Shown here one piece after another: positions 16,470 to 25,570 of a stretch of DNA of 64,000 nt. The first letter of the stretch is position 1. Every line of letters begins with the position of its first letter. A model generated the notes under the pieces. That model did no database searches. It was not told the DNA's origin and saw only the letters and a list, made by a program, of their open reading frames with translations. Source of the stretch: Chthoniobacterales bacterium (lineage in GTDB: Bacteria; Verrucomicrobiota; Verrucomicrobiia; Chthoniobacterales; JBKEAD01); contig JBKEAD010000240.1 in assembly GCA_047971915.1 (NCBI GenBank), positions 1,133-65,132 of the forward strand, in the 5' to 3' direction. The position numbers and the translations under genes were made by a program.

Positions 16470-17249
16470 ATGAAACCCGTTCCCGAAAATTCCGAAAAGA
16501 TAAAATCGGATTCACAAAACCCGCCGCAACAAAAACTCGCTGCGCACAATCTTTCCAAGCACTACCGCAAACACCCCGTCTTGTATGACATTTCTCTCCA
16601 CGTTTCACGCGGAGAGGCCATTGCTCTTCTCGGTCCGAATGGTGCGGGAAAGACAACCTGTTTCTACATTATGACAGGTCTTATCGCGCCCGACTCGGGC
16701 CGTATTATTCTCGAAGGAAAAGACGTTACCCAACTTCCTATGCACCGCCGTGCCGCTATGGGTGTCGGCTATTTACCCCAAGAGACATCTATTTTTCGTG
16801 GACTCAATGTCGAAGAAAATATTTATAGCGTTCTTCAGGCCTGCGGGATTCCAAAAGAAGAGCGTGAAGAAAAGCTTGAATCTCTCCTTGACGATTTTTC
16901 TATTCAGGCAATTCGTCAGGCACCCTCCGAGGTTCTTTCTGGTGGCGAACGTCGTCGCGTCGAAATCGCCCGCGCTCTCGCGGCAGATCCTCAATTTATC
17001 TTACTCGACGAACCTCTTGCGGGTATCGACCCTATTGCCGTTCGCGATATTCGCACGCTCATTACCCAGCTCAAATGCCGTGGTATCGGCGTTCTTATCA
17101 CCGATCACAACGTTCGCGACACCCTGCGCGTGGTTGATCGGGCCTATATTTTGAGCGAAGGGCATATTTTACACGAAGGCACGCCTGACGAAATCATTGC
17201 TCACAGTGGTGTTCGTAATGTCTATCTTGGTGACGATTTTGAGGCATGA
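16470..17249 (+). CDS. lptB: LPS export ABC transporter ATP-binding protein LptB
   Basis: 259 aa with Walker A GPNGAGKTT, YLPQETSIFRGLNVEENI and the signature LSGGERRRVEIARAL. Confidence 0.85.
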   Translation: MKPVPENSEKIKSDSQNPPQQKLAAHNLSKHYRKHPVLYDISLHVSRGEAIALLGPNGAGKTTCFYIMTGLIAPDSGRIILEGKDVTQLPMHRRAAMGVGYLPQETSIFRGLNVEENIYSVLQACGIPKEEREEKLESLLDDFSIQAIRQAPSEVLSGGERRRVEIARALAADPQFILLDEPLAGIDPIAVRDIRTLITQLKCRGIGVLITDHNVRDTLRVVDRAYILSEGHILHEGTPDEIIAHSGVRNVYLGDDFEA

Positions 17250-18508
17250 GCACACCCGCCAACGCTACAAAAATACGTTCTTCCAAAAGGCCAAAAGCTT
17301 TCCGCTGCGTCTTTCCGGTTTTGCCTTTTTATATTTTTAAAATCTTTCTCTTCCCGACTTTGGCCGTCGGTGCCATTGTTTTTTTCGCGCTTTCTCTGGA
17401 ACGGATTCTTCGCCTCGTTCAAGTGATTACTCATCACGGAGCTTCAGCTAATGAAGCATGGGGGCTCATTATTTATCTTATTCCGCATTACCTTGGTCTT
17501 GCTATTCCGGCAGGATTTTTTTTCGGAGTTATTCTTGGGATTCGTCGTTTGCATGATCGCTCCGAGCTTGTAGTCATGCGTTCCTTTGGACTTTCTATTG
17601 CTCGTCTCTATCTTCCGCTTGCCTATTTGGCACTGATTCTTACCGGGATGATGATTTTCCTTACAAACTGGGGCCAACCCTACGCCCGTTACCTTTTTCG
17701 AAATCAAATGAGTCGGATTGTGAGTGGGGATCCTCTTGGTGGACTCGATCCCGATGTCTATCTTCCCATCGGCGAAGACAATATAGTCCGGGCCAAAAAT
17801 GTCCGCGAACCCGGCAAGCTCTTCGATGGTTTTTTCATGGCTCGCCAAACGGCACCTAAACGCCGCGAATTTCTAACCGCAACCTCCGCTGAAGTTTTGC
17901 TAAATAAATCCCAAACCGGCGAACTCAACCTTATGTTGCGTGATGGTATCCTCATTCGAGAAGATGAAAATGAGTCCCAACTTAAAACAATCAGTCTGCA
18001 AATCCGCTTCAACGAAATGCCCGTCAACATTGTGACGAGCAACATCGTGGCAGAATCCGGCCCACGAGGCGAGTCCGAGCGTGAACTCACCTCGCCCGAG
18101 CTTTTTCTCATGCCGGACAGTCCCTTGCCAATTGAAGAAGCGCAAAGCCAAACTCACCTGATTACACCTGCACAAAAACGCGCCGAATTTCATTGGCGGG
18201 AAGCTCAAACTTTCTCGGTTCCCATTCTTGGAGCTCTTGGCCTTGTGCTCGGCTTGCTCGGGCAAGGTCGCTCTGCCAAGGCTCGTGGTCTTGCCCTCGG
18301 GTTAGTCATTCTCGTGCTCTTTGAAAAAACTTCTCGTCTTGGCAAAATCATGGTCGAGAACGATCAACTTTCTCCTTGGATCGGAATCTGGGGGCCTGAA
18401 TTTCTGCTGCTTATTATAGCTCTTTTAGCCTACCGCTTTTTTTCGGGTGACCATCCCCGCCGACGCGCTATCCCATCTCAACTTCACACGGCAAGTCCCC
18501 AATCCTAA
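17246..18508 (+). CDS. LptF/LptG-family LPS export permease
   Basis: 420 aa with YjgP/YjgQ topology (3 TM, a periplasmic beta-jellyroll region, 3 TM). ATGA overlap with lptB. Confidence 0.7.
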   Translation: MSTPANATKIRSSKRPKAFRCVFPVLPFYIFKIFLFPTLAVGAIVFFALSLERILRLVQVITHHGASANEAWGLIIYLIPHYLGLAIPAGFFFGVILGIRRLHDRSELVVMRSFGLSIARLYLPLAYLALILTGMMIFLTNWGQPYARYLFRNQMSRIVSGDPLGGLDPDVYLPIGEDNIVRAKNVREPGKLFDGFFMARQTAPKRREFLTATSAEVLLNKSQTGELNLMLRDGILIREDENESQLKTISLQIRFNEMPVNIVTSNIVAESGPRGESERELTSPELFLMPDSPLPIEEAQSQTHLITPAQKRAEFHWREAQTFSVPILGALGLVLGLLGQGRSAKARGLALGLVILVLFEKTSRLGKIMVENDQLSPWIGIWGPEFLLLIIALLAYRFFSGDHPRRRAIPSQLHTASPQS

Positions 18509-18522
18509 AAAAATTTCTGACT

Positions 18523-19650
18523 ATGCCTACTATTTTTATACGCTGGCTTCTCTCACGCTTTGCAAACAAGGTTATTCTCGTCACTTTAGCTTTGGCCGTC
18601 TTATTGGCTGTCTTTGATCTTTTAACTCAAGCCAGTGAAATCGCTGCGGAAGCCAGCTCATCTGTTTACGCTCTCCTTTTTTATTTTCTCCTGCGACTCC
18701 CCGCGATCACGGTATTTATTTTGCCTTTTGGCGTCTTGATTGCGTCTGTTCAGTTCTTTTCTACACTGGCTTCCCAACGCGAAATTTTAGCTCTCGAAGC
18801 CTCTGGCTTTACGCTTTTTCGCATCGTTTTGACTTTGTTGGCAGGTGCCCTTATTTTAGCAATCGGGCAATTTTTCTTTGCGGATTATTTTGTAACCGAT
18901 TGCCAAGAGCGGCTTAGCGAATGGAAAAAAGATGGCTATGAAGGGCTCCCAAAACTTGTGTCTTCTCCCGATAGCCCCGAGTGGGTATCGAGCGAGGGAT
19001 TCCTTGTGCAAACCGGCGGAGTCAGCGAAGATGGGCGTCATCTCCAATCTCCGACCGTCCTACAGGTCGATTCTAATGGCGTGGCCACCCACTACTACAA
19101 CGCTAGGTCTGCCAGCTACCAAACAGAAAATAATAAAACGATTTCCAGTGATGAGAAAACGCCGCCGCCGACAAGTTTTTGGGTTTTAAAAAATGCCGTC
19201 ACTCGCGATCTGCAACTTCAAAACGAAGCCTACGCAAAAGAGATTTATATCCCGATAAAACTTCATCCCAAAGATTTTTCTTCTTTTTCAAAACCCATCG
19301 AAGAACTCCGTTTTAAGCAAATTTTCACGCTTGGTTGGGTCGATATGAATAGCCAGATTTACCCGAGTGCGGCCTATCAGGTATGGGCGCACGCCCGGAT
19401 TGCACAAGCACTAAGCTGCCTTGTAATGGTTCTCATCGCGGCACCTATCTGTCTGCAAATTCAGCGAAATGCCCGTCGTCTCTATGCCACGATCACGGCC
19501 TTTACCTTGGGTTTTCTTTATTTCATTCTTCAGAGTATCCTCATCCCTCTTGGAGAAAATGGCACCCTTCCACCAGCCATTGCCGCATGGGCTGCTTTTG
19601 TCTGCTTTGGGACTCTCAGTTCCATCGCTGTTGCCATACGAATAAAATAA
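18523..19650 (+). CDS. LptF/LptG-family LPS export permease (paralogue)
   Basis: 375 aa with the same architecture as the preceding gene. Confidence 0.7.
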   Translation: MPTIFIRWLLSRFANKVILVTLALAVLLAVFDLLTQASEIAAEASSSVYALLFYFLLRLPAITVFILPFGVLIASVQFFSTLASQREILALEASGFTLFRIVLTLLAGALILAIGQFFFADYFVTDCQERLSEWKKDGYEGLPKLVSSPDSPEWVSSEGFLVQTGGVSEDGRHLQSPTVLQVDSNGVATHYYNARSASYQTENNKTISSDEKTPPPTSFWVLKNAVTRDLQLQNEAYAKEIYIPIKLHPKDFSSFSKPIEELRFKQIFTLGWVDMNSQIYPSAAYQVWAHARIAQALSCLVMVLIAAPICLQIQRNARRLYATITAFTLGFLYFILQSILIPLGENGTLPPAIAAWAAFVCFGTLSSIAVAIRIK

Positions 19651-19811
19651 TCTTTTCTTCCTTTTAATCGTTGAAAGGCGGCATTATAAGAGGCTTGCGT
19701 TGCGCGTTTTAGGCTCTGCTACTACCTCGCGACGACCCGACCTTACTCTTTAAAAAAACAAACCGTAACTTTATCAGTACCTCATCTTCCAGTTCGCTTA
19801 CTTCGACAAAT

Positions 19812-20891
19812 GTGCGACGTTTAGACTCCTTAAACGGATACGCTTCTTCGTCCGACGACTCGGAGACAAAGCAAACTTCCTCCTCTCAACAAAACGCTTC
19901 CAAGTCGGCAACTCTTGCCGTGCTTGAAAACCCATTGAGTGGTTTAAACTCGCGCCAACCCGAGGCTTTAAAGCAATTTTGTCAAGACTCAGGCATCTCG
20001 CATCGCACAGCCAGCACGCCGGAAGCTCTCCAACAGCAGGTTCGGGAAATTTTAAAAAACCCTCCCAATATTTTGGTAATCAGTGGCGGAGATGGCACGA
20101 TCAGTGCGATTCTAAATGTCTTGGAAAGCCACTCCGAATCCGCCTCTCTGCCTGCATTGGCACTACTCCACGGTGGTAGCACAAACATGATTCAGCACGA
20201 AATCGGCCTCAAAGGAAATCCTGTAAAAGCACTGAAAAACCTGCTCAAAGAAACCCAAAACGGCATTTCAAATAATCGCATTCAGTGGCGCTCGCCCTTC
20301 GGTGTTCTCGATGAAAATGACCAATCCGAGCAATTCGGTTTTTTCTTTGCAGCAGGCGCACTGTCCCGCGTGCTACACTTTTGCCAAGAAACTTTAACCA
20401 AAAAATCGATCAATGGAACTGCTATTGAAGCCCTAGCTCTCCTAACCGTTTTTTTACGACTCTTTGTTCAAAAAAAGGCAAGCGGAGATATTTTTCACCA
20501 CGATGAAATCCGTTGGGCCCAATATAAAAACGGCGCGGATAATTCCTCAGATGCAAGTCCATCCACTCTCGATTGGTATGTTGGTTCACACATGTTTATC
20601 TATCTGACAAGTCTTAACCGCCTTCTCCTCGGCTTCGATCCCAAAGGACGACGCGATGCCTTGAAACTAGTTGGCTATAAATATCCCTTTACCCGCAGAG
20701 GCATTTTTTCCTATTTAGTCAGCCGGGGACGCAGGGGCTTGAAGCAAGAATCCTATAACGACTCTGCCGACGAATATCTTCTCGACTTCAAAGGCCGATG
20801 GGTTCTTGACGGCGAATTTTACGGGCAGCCCGATGCCGTTTCTAAGCTAAAAATCCGCACCTGCAAGCCGCTTCCTTTTTTCGTCATGTGA
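19812..20891 (+). CDS. Diacylglycerol/lipid kinase catalytic-domain protein (YegS/BmrU-like)
   Basis: 359 aa with a GTG start. It has the DAGK_cat pattern ATLAVLENPLSG ... ILVISGGDGTISAILNVL ... LLHGGSTNM. Confidence 0.7.
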   Translation: MRRLDSLNGYASSSDDSETKQTSSSQQNASKSATLAVLENPLSGLNSRQPEALKQFCQDSGISHRTASTPEALQQQVREILKNPPNILVISGGDGTISAILNVLESHSESASLPALALLHGGSTNMIQHEIGLKGNPVKALKNLLKETQNGISNNRIQWRSPFGVLDENDQSEQFGFFFAAGALSRVLHFCQETLTKKSINGTAIEALALLTVFLRLFVQKKASGDIFHHDEIRWAQYKNGADNSSDASPSTLDWYVGSHMFIYLTSLNRLLLGFDPKGRRDALKLVGYKYPFTRRGIFSYLVSRGRRGLKQESYNDSADEYLLDFKGRWVLDGEFYGQPDAVSKLKIRTCKPLPFFVM

Positions 20892-21844
20892 AAAAAAACA
20901 CTGCGTCGAGTTCACGCCTACAACTCGAAAAGTTTGTCACCCAAGAAACCGGACATCCCATTGCTCAAACCCCTTCTCAATGGGTAAATTTTTTTAAGCA
21001 GCAGTCAGGCGTTGCGGCTATCCTGTTTTACGGTTCCGGCCTGCGCGATCATACGCCCGACGACGAAGTCGTTTATGATTTTTACTTACTCGTAAATCGT
21101 TTTCGCGACTACAAAGCAAATCCATTTCTCGCCTTGGCCGGTCGTCTCGTGCCGCCGAATGTTTATTTTTTTGAGGAAGTTTTTGATGGCAAACCACAAC
21201 GCTGCAAAGTCGCCGTCTTACGGCTCGACCAATTTTATAAAGCCGCAACACGCCAAAGCTTTACCCCGCACATCTGGGCAAGATTTTGTCAGCCCAGCCG
21301 CATTGTTTTTGCTGAGACTGACAAAATTTGTCGTGAACTCAATCAAAGCATCACGAACGCCATCTTAACTTTTCACGAAGAAACACTACACCTCATCGAC
21401 TCTTGCAGTCCGGCAGATTTTTGGACAATTGGCCTACGCTCTACTTACGCCGACGAAATTCGTAGCGAAAAAAACAACCGAGCCCGTCTGATTTTTGAAG
21501 CGAATAGAACGTCTTGCACAAAAAAAAGCGAGCTCGCTATTGCTTGTCTATCACGTTTAGCCAAATTCAAACCGGATGGAGAAATTTTTTCAAAAATTCC
21601 GGCCTTCCAAAAAAAACGACGTGTTTTTGTAAGGCGTTTCTTTCGTCCATTTAAAAAAGGCGTCATCCTTTTGCGCCTGATGAAAGCAACCTTCACCTTT
21701 CAGGGAAATATCGACTACGCACGTTGGAAAATCGAACGTCACTCTGGTGTAAAAATCGAAATCAGCGACTTTCATCGTCGCCATCCAATTCTCGGTGGTC
21801 TTGCACTTTGTCTTCGCGTTACAAAGCGCGGTGGCATACGGTAA
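20888..21844 (+). CDS. Nucleotidyltransferase-fold protein, Tam41/Mmp37-like (putative phosphatidate cytidylyltransferase)
   Basis: 318 aa. ILFYGSGLRD..VVYDFYLLV, a KVAVLRLDQF block and STYADEIRSEKNNRARLI resemble, from memory, the Tam41 layout (YGSG..IDFI..V; KYGV; SY.GD.R..E). The C-terminus is basic and amphipathic. GTGA overlap with the kinase gene. This needs HMM confirmation. Confidence 0.4.
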   Translation: MKKNTASSSRLQLEKFVTQETGHPIAQTPSQWVNFFKQQSGVAAILFYGSGLRDHTPDDEVVYDFYLLVNRFRDYKANPFLALAGRLVPPNVYFFEEVFDGKPQRCKVAVLRLDQFYKAATRQSFTPHIWARFCQPSRIVFAETDKICRELNQSITNAILTFHEETLHLIDSCSPADFWTIGLRSTYADEIRSEKNNRARLIFEANRTSCTKKSELAIACLSRLAKFKPDGEIFSKIPAFQKKRRVFVRRFFRPFKKGVILLRLMKATFTFQGNIDYARWKIERHSGVKIEISDFHRRHPILGGLALCLRVTKRGGIR

Positions 21845-21861
21845 ACTCCCTCTTGCCGAGA

Positions 21862-23199
21862 ATGCCCGATAACGCTCCTCTTTCCAACTCCGATGACAAT
21901 CAGACCTCCTCAAGCTTAGGAAGTCTGAAAACTCCTATTCGCAATGCGAGTAAACTCTCCATTGGCCGCATTATCCAAGCTGTCTGCTCACTCGCTTACT
22001 TAGCTTTTGCCACGCGCACGCTCGGCCCCGAAAATTTCGGAAAACTCATTCTCATTCATAGCCTTTGTCTAGCGGTCGCCCAGATTGCACGCTTCGACAG
22101 TTGGCAAAGCATCGTGCGTTTCGGCACGCCATTTCTCCACGAAAACCAGCCCACGTCCCTGCATCGCATCCTCTCCTTCGGACTCGCCCTCGATTTCTTG
22201 GGCATCGTGCTCGGCATCGCCGCCTACGCCATCGTTGTCTATCCTCTAGGACAGTGGTTTGGCCTCTCATGGGAGCTTCGCCACTTTGCCATGCTCTACG
22301 GTATTTGGATGATCGCTTTTATAAATAGCTCCGGCGCAGCCACGGGCACTCTCCAGCTTCTCGGACGTTTTGGTTCTCTGGCAATAGCAACAACGATCGA
22401 ACCCATCATCCGCTTTGTCGGTGCTGCACTTCTTTTTTACTTCGGCGGCGAACTTAGAGATTTCCTTGTTCTTTGGCTCATCGCACTCACCGTTGCTCAT
22501 ATTGCAACTAACTTTGCAGCTTGGTATCGCCTCGCCAAACAAGGCAGCCAGTGGAGGTTTCGCTTTTATCCCGATACGTGGACTAGGCCCCAAGGTGCGC
22601 TTTGGCGCTATGCCCTCGGCACCCACTGGGTCGGCGCAATGAATGTCGCCCAAGAACATCTGCCCACACTCGCCTCAGGCGGCGTCATCGGACCCGCTGC
22701 TGCCGGACTTCTAAAAGTCGCCCGACAGTTCGCAGATGTTCTCGCGGCTGTTATTAACAAACTTCTCGTCCCTGCGCTTTTTCCCGAACTTGCCCGTCTG
22801 CAAAAAAATGCCCGCCAAGCACTCGCCAAACGTCTCAGCTTCATCACCCTAGGCATCTTTTTTGTCTTCTTTATGCTCCTTGCCTTTTTTGGAAAAGATT
22901 TGATTCGCCTTGTTGCCGGCAAAGAATTTCTCCCGGCCTACCCCGTCATGCTTTGGCTAGCTTTCGCCGGGGTCATCGGCTCCGTCAGCTTTAGCTTTGA
23001 AACTTTACTGACTGCGATTGGAGAAATTCGTCGCGTCGTTCTCGTAAATTCTTTTTCACTGTTTATTTATTTTTTAGCACTTGCCGTCCTTTTGCCCACC
23101 TACGGTTTGGTCGGTGTCGGCATGGCTGCGGTAGCCTACGCCGCCATTCGCTCAAGCCTCCTCTGGTGGAACGCTCGTCGCCATTACCTAAACTCGTAG
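21862..23199 (+). CDS. MOP/Wzx-type polysaccharide or lipid-linked oligosaccharide flippase
   Basis: ~445 aa with about 12 TM segments and an N-terminal pattern typical of the Polysacc_synt family. The start is set at the ATG (MPDNAPL), because the track ORF (21724) overlaps the previous gene by 120 nt. Confidence 0.65.
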   Translation: MPDNAPLSNSDDNQTSSSLGSLKTPIRNASKLSIGRIIQAVCSLAYLAFATRTLGPENFGKLILIHSLCLAVAQIARFDSWQSIVRFGTPFLHENQPTSLHRILSFGLALDFLGIVLGIAAYAIVVYPLGQWFGLSWELRHFAMLYGIWMIAFINSSGAATGTLQLLGRFGSLAIATTIEPIIRFVGAALLFYFGGELRDFLVLWLIALTVAHIATNFAAWYRLAKQGSQWRFRFYPDTWTRPQGALWRYALGTHWVGAMNVAQEHLPTLASGGVIGPAAAGLLKVARQFADVLAAVINKLLVPALFPELARLQKNARQALAKRLSFITLGIFFVFFMLLAFFGKDLIRLVAGKEFLPAYPVMLWLAFAGVIGSVSFSFETLLTAIGEIRRVVLVNSFSLFIYFLALAVLLPTYGLVGVGMAAVAYAAIRSSLLWWNARRHYLNS

Positions 23200-23788
23200 A
23201 GTTCTCTTTGTGGGCGTGATATGCTTTGCCAAACCAAATGGCAGCCATCCCACAAGCGGAGAAATTTGGATTTAATAAGGAAAGCCGGAGTTAATCGTGG
23301 TGACAGAGTGCGCTTGATTTTAATAGCATGAACCTTACCACTCGAATCCTCCAAACCCTCCATACGAGATCCACCTCCGCTCCGGCTTGTGTTCGATAAT
23401 GACTCGCAACGACACCGGGAGGCAATGTAGCCAGAATCTGAGCAAGGCAATATCCCTCCCAAGAATGCCCACATACGGGGTGTCCTAAAAGTTGCTCCAC
23501 ATTTTCTAAACCATGAAGATGATGAAGCAGACCCGTATCTCGCCAAAAAAATTTGGAAGACTTTACGATGCGTTTGCCTGTATTCCGACTCCAAGCGGGC
23601 AGACGACGGATAAGGTAGAGCCCCTCAAGCAAATCTATATAATGCCTTACGGTTTTGCCATCGATGCCAAGAGAATTTCCTGTCTGGCTTAATTGATCGT
23701 TCCCCCCTGCTGATGAGCGAGCATGGAACAAAAACGACGTAACTGAATCGAACTCGTCGCCACCCCAAGTTGAGGAAGTCTGATGGGG
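23184..23788 (-). pseudogene. Truncated and frameshifted AAA-ATPase gene (DUF4143 C-terminal part only)
   Basis: Frame 1 reads ..GIDGKTVRHYIDLLEGLYLIRRLPAWSRNTGKRIVKSSKFFWRDTGLLHHL...AGAEVDLVW. The expected continuation (GKVHAIKIKRTLSPRLTPAF) is in another frame (track ORF 23184..23594). No AAA N-domain is present: an in-frame TAG lies at 23789-23791 and the next gene starts at 23892. Confidence 0.6.
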
Positions 23789-23872
23789 CTAAAATTATGG
23801 AGTCTTACCCACTTTTAATCGCGCCCATCATAAACATAAAGGCGAAGTTTGAATTGACAGCGTCCCTTTTTT

Positions 23873-23888
23873 GGTATCTTCTGGTTCC
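23873..23888 (-). promoter_or_regulatory. Candidate operator site S3 (reverse complement GGAACCAGAAGATACC)
   Basis: Matches 12 of the 14 defined positions of GATACCAGnAnATACC. It ends 3 nt before the ATG of the H-X9-DG gene. Confidence 0.35.
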
Positions 23889-23891
23889 TCA

Positions 23892-24635
23892 ATGTATCGC
23901 ACATCCTGTTGTCCTCCCCGAATTTTTATTAGAGCGTTTACGCTGGTTGAGCTTCTCGCCGTCGTGTCGATCATTGCTGTGCTGGCCGTTTTGCTTTTTC
24001 CGGCCATTGAGGCGATGGCTAAGCGAGCGCATTTGGCTACTTGCATTAATAACTTGAAAACAATTTGTGCTGCTTCGGCAAGTTATTCAAGCGATCACAA
24101 CGGGAACTGGCCAAGGAGCCAAACTGGGAAGGCTATTTTTTCCAATGATTTGGTTTCGTATTTGGGAAACATACCGGGAAGGGGCGATAGTAACTTTAAA
24201 AAAAGCCCCTTTATTTGTCCGGCGGCAAATTCCCATAAGGAAGACGGGGGTTATATGTATGAAGGAATATATACGCCGGGTGCTTACGTTAACCCGGCGA
24301 CTGGGAAAACGGTAAGGTACGGTCTGAGCTACGCTCAGAATGTTTACGCAGATCGTACGCAAAGCAACTATTACGGAGTTCCAAAACGTTCGGCTGCCGA
24401 AAACCCATCGAAGATGATGCTCTATATGGACTGCGTTTCACACTATATTGTGTCTTTGGGAGGAATAAAAAATGAGGATCGTAAAGTAGAGCTTTTGGAG
24501 CGTCACAACGGCCTTATAAATACCGCCTTTGCGGACGGTAGCGTGCGAAGTCTGAAATATGAGGACATCCCGGGTAAGAATAGTCCGGTGCATTTGTTCT
24601 GGAGCGGGAGGGGGAAATCATGGCCCGAGGATTAA
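23892..24635 (+). CDS. Prepilin-type N-terminal cleavage/methylation-domain protein with H-X9-DG motif (DUF1559-like)
   Basis: It has RAFTLVELLAVVSIIAVLAVLLFPA (a type IV pilin-like leader and helix) and the C-terminal HNGLINTAFADGSV (H-X9-DG). Confidence 0.8.
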   Translation: MYRTSCCPPRIFIRAFTLVELLAVVSIIAVLAVLLFPAIEAMAKRAHLATCINNLKTICAASASYSSDHNGNWPRSQTGKAIFSNDLVSYLGNIPGRGDSNFKKSPFICPAANSHKEDGGYMYEGIYTPGAYVNPATGKTVRYGLSYAQNVYADRTQSNYYGVPKRSAAENPSKMMLYMDCVSHYIVSLGGIKNEDRKVELLERHNGLINTAFADGSVRSLKYEDIPGKNSPVHLFWSGRGKSWPED

Positions 24636-25570
24636 ACCCATCTGACTGGCAATTCGTTCATATTTGTGACATGCAGCCCGGGTCGCCGCGGTCCTTTCGT
24701 TTTCGTCCGGCTCATCTCGAGAATCAGCAACAGGCTTACCGCCAAATCCGTGCACTGCAACCTGAACTTCTCCTTGTTGGCGGTGACATAACTCGCGACG
24801 GGAGCATTCACGATTTTGAATTTGAAGAAGCTCACGAGCGGCTAAAAGAGCTGAACATCCCGTATTACGTTATTCCCGGAAACATGGATACGGGAAACAA
24901 GCATACTCGCGTTCAGGGTGCGAAGCCTGAACTGACTGATGATTTGGAGAGTAATATGACTTCGGAATCCTTGCAGCGGTTTCAGCGTTTTTTTGGTGCG
25001 TTTCCGTGGACATTTTTGCATAGAGGGGTGCGCTTTACTGGATTTTACGAGGCCGTTGCGGGTTCAGGTTTGCCGGAAGAAAAAATCCTTTGGGAATTTT
25101 TAGAAAAAACAGCCGCCTTGCCGCCTGCCGAACATCATGTCGTTTTAAATCACTATCCGCTTTTTGTGGATCATCCGAACGAGGAGGATTTTGATATTAG
25201 AGATCGGGAGGCTTATCATAATTGGTATTTTGCGATTGATAAAAAACCGCGAAAAAAAATCATCGACTTTTTGCATAAGGCCGGAGTGGGAACCGTCCTG
25301 AGTGGGCATATTCACTGTCGTCGGCCGGTTCAGGAGTTTGATGGGGTTCGGTATTTTAAATGTGCGGCGACGGGGTTTGGCCAATGGCCGGATCGTTGGC
25401 CGGACGGTGACATCACGCTCGGGTTTTACCGTTTTCATGTTTGTGGATCGAAACTGCGCGAAGAATTTGTGCCGTTGGAAAATGTTTCAACACGCACAGA
25501 TTCTTACGGACCCGGCGGACACCCTCGCCCCGAGCAGCGCGACTATAGTCTGGCTTGGGAAAAAGACTGA
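24620..25570 (+). CDS. Calcineurin-like metallophosphoesterase
   Basis: 316 aa with motifs HICDMQ, GGDITRDG, PGNMD, NHYP and SGHIHC in canonical order. Confidence 0.8.
   Translation: MARGLNPSDWQFVHICDMQPGSPRSFRFRPAHLENQQQAYRQIRALQPELLLVGGDITRDGSIHDFEFEEAHERLKELNIPYYVIPGNMDTGNKHTRVQGAKPELTDDLESNMTSESLQRFQRFFGAFPWTFLHRGVRFTGFYEAVAGSGLPEEKILWEFLEKTAALPPAEHHVVLNHYPLFVDHPNEEDFDIRDREAYHNWYFAIDKKPRKKIIDFLHKAGVGTVLSGHIHCRRPVQEFDGVRYFKCAATGFGQWPDRWPDGDITLGFYRFHVCGSKLREEFVPLENVSTRTDSYGPGGHPRPEQRDYSLAWEKD

Noticed and set aside
21724-21861. An upstream extension of the flippase ORF overlapping the Tam41-like gene by 120 nt.
   Set aside because: The extension has an unlikely composition (R/S/W-rich). 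The ATG at 21862 gives a normal N-terminus with a 17-nt intergenic gap.
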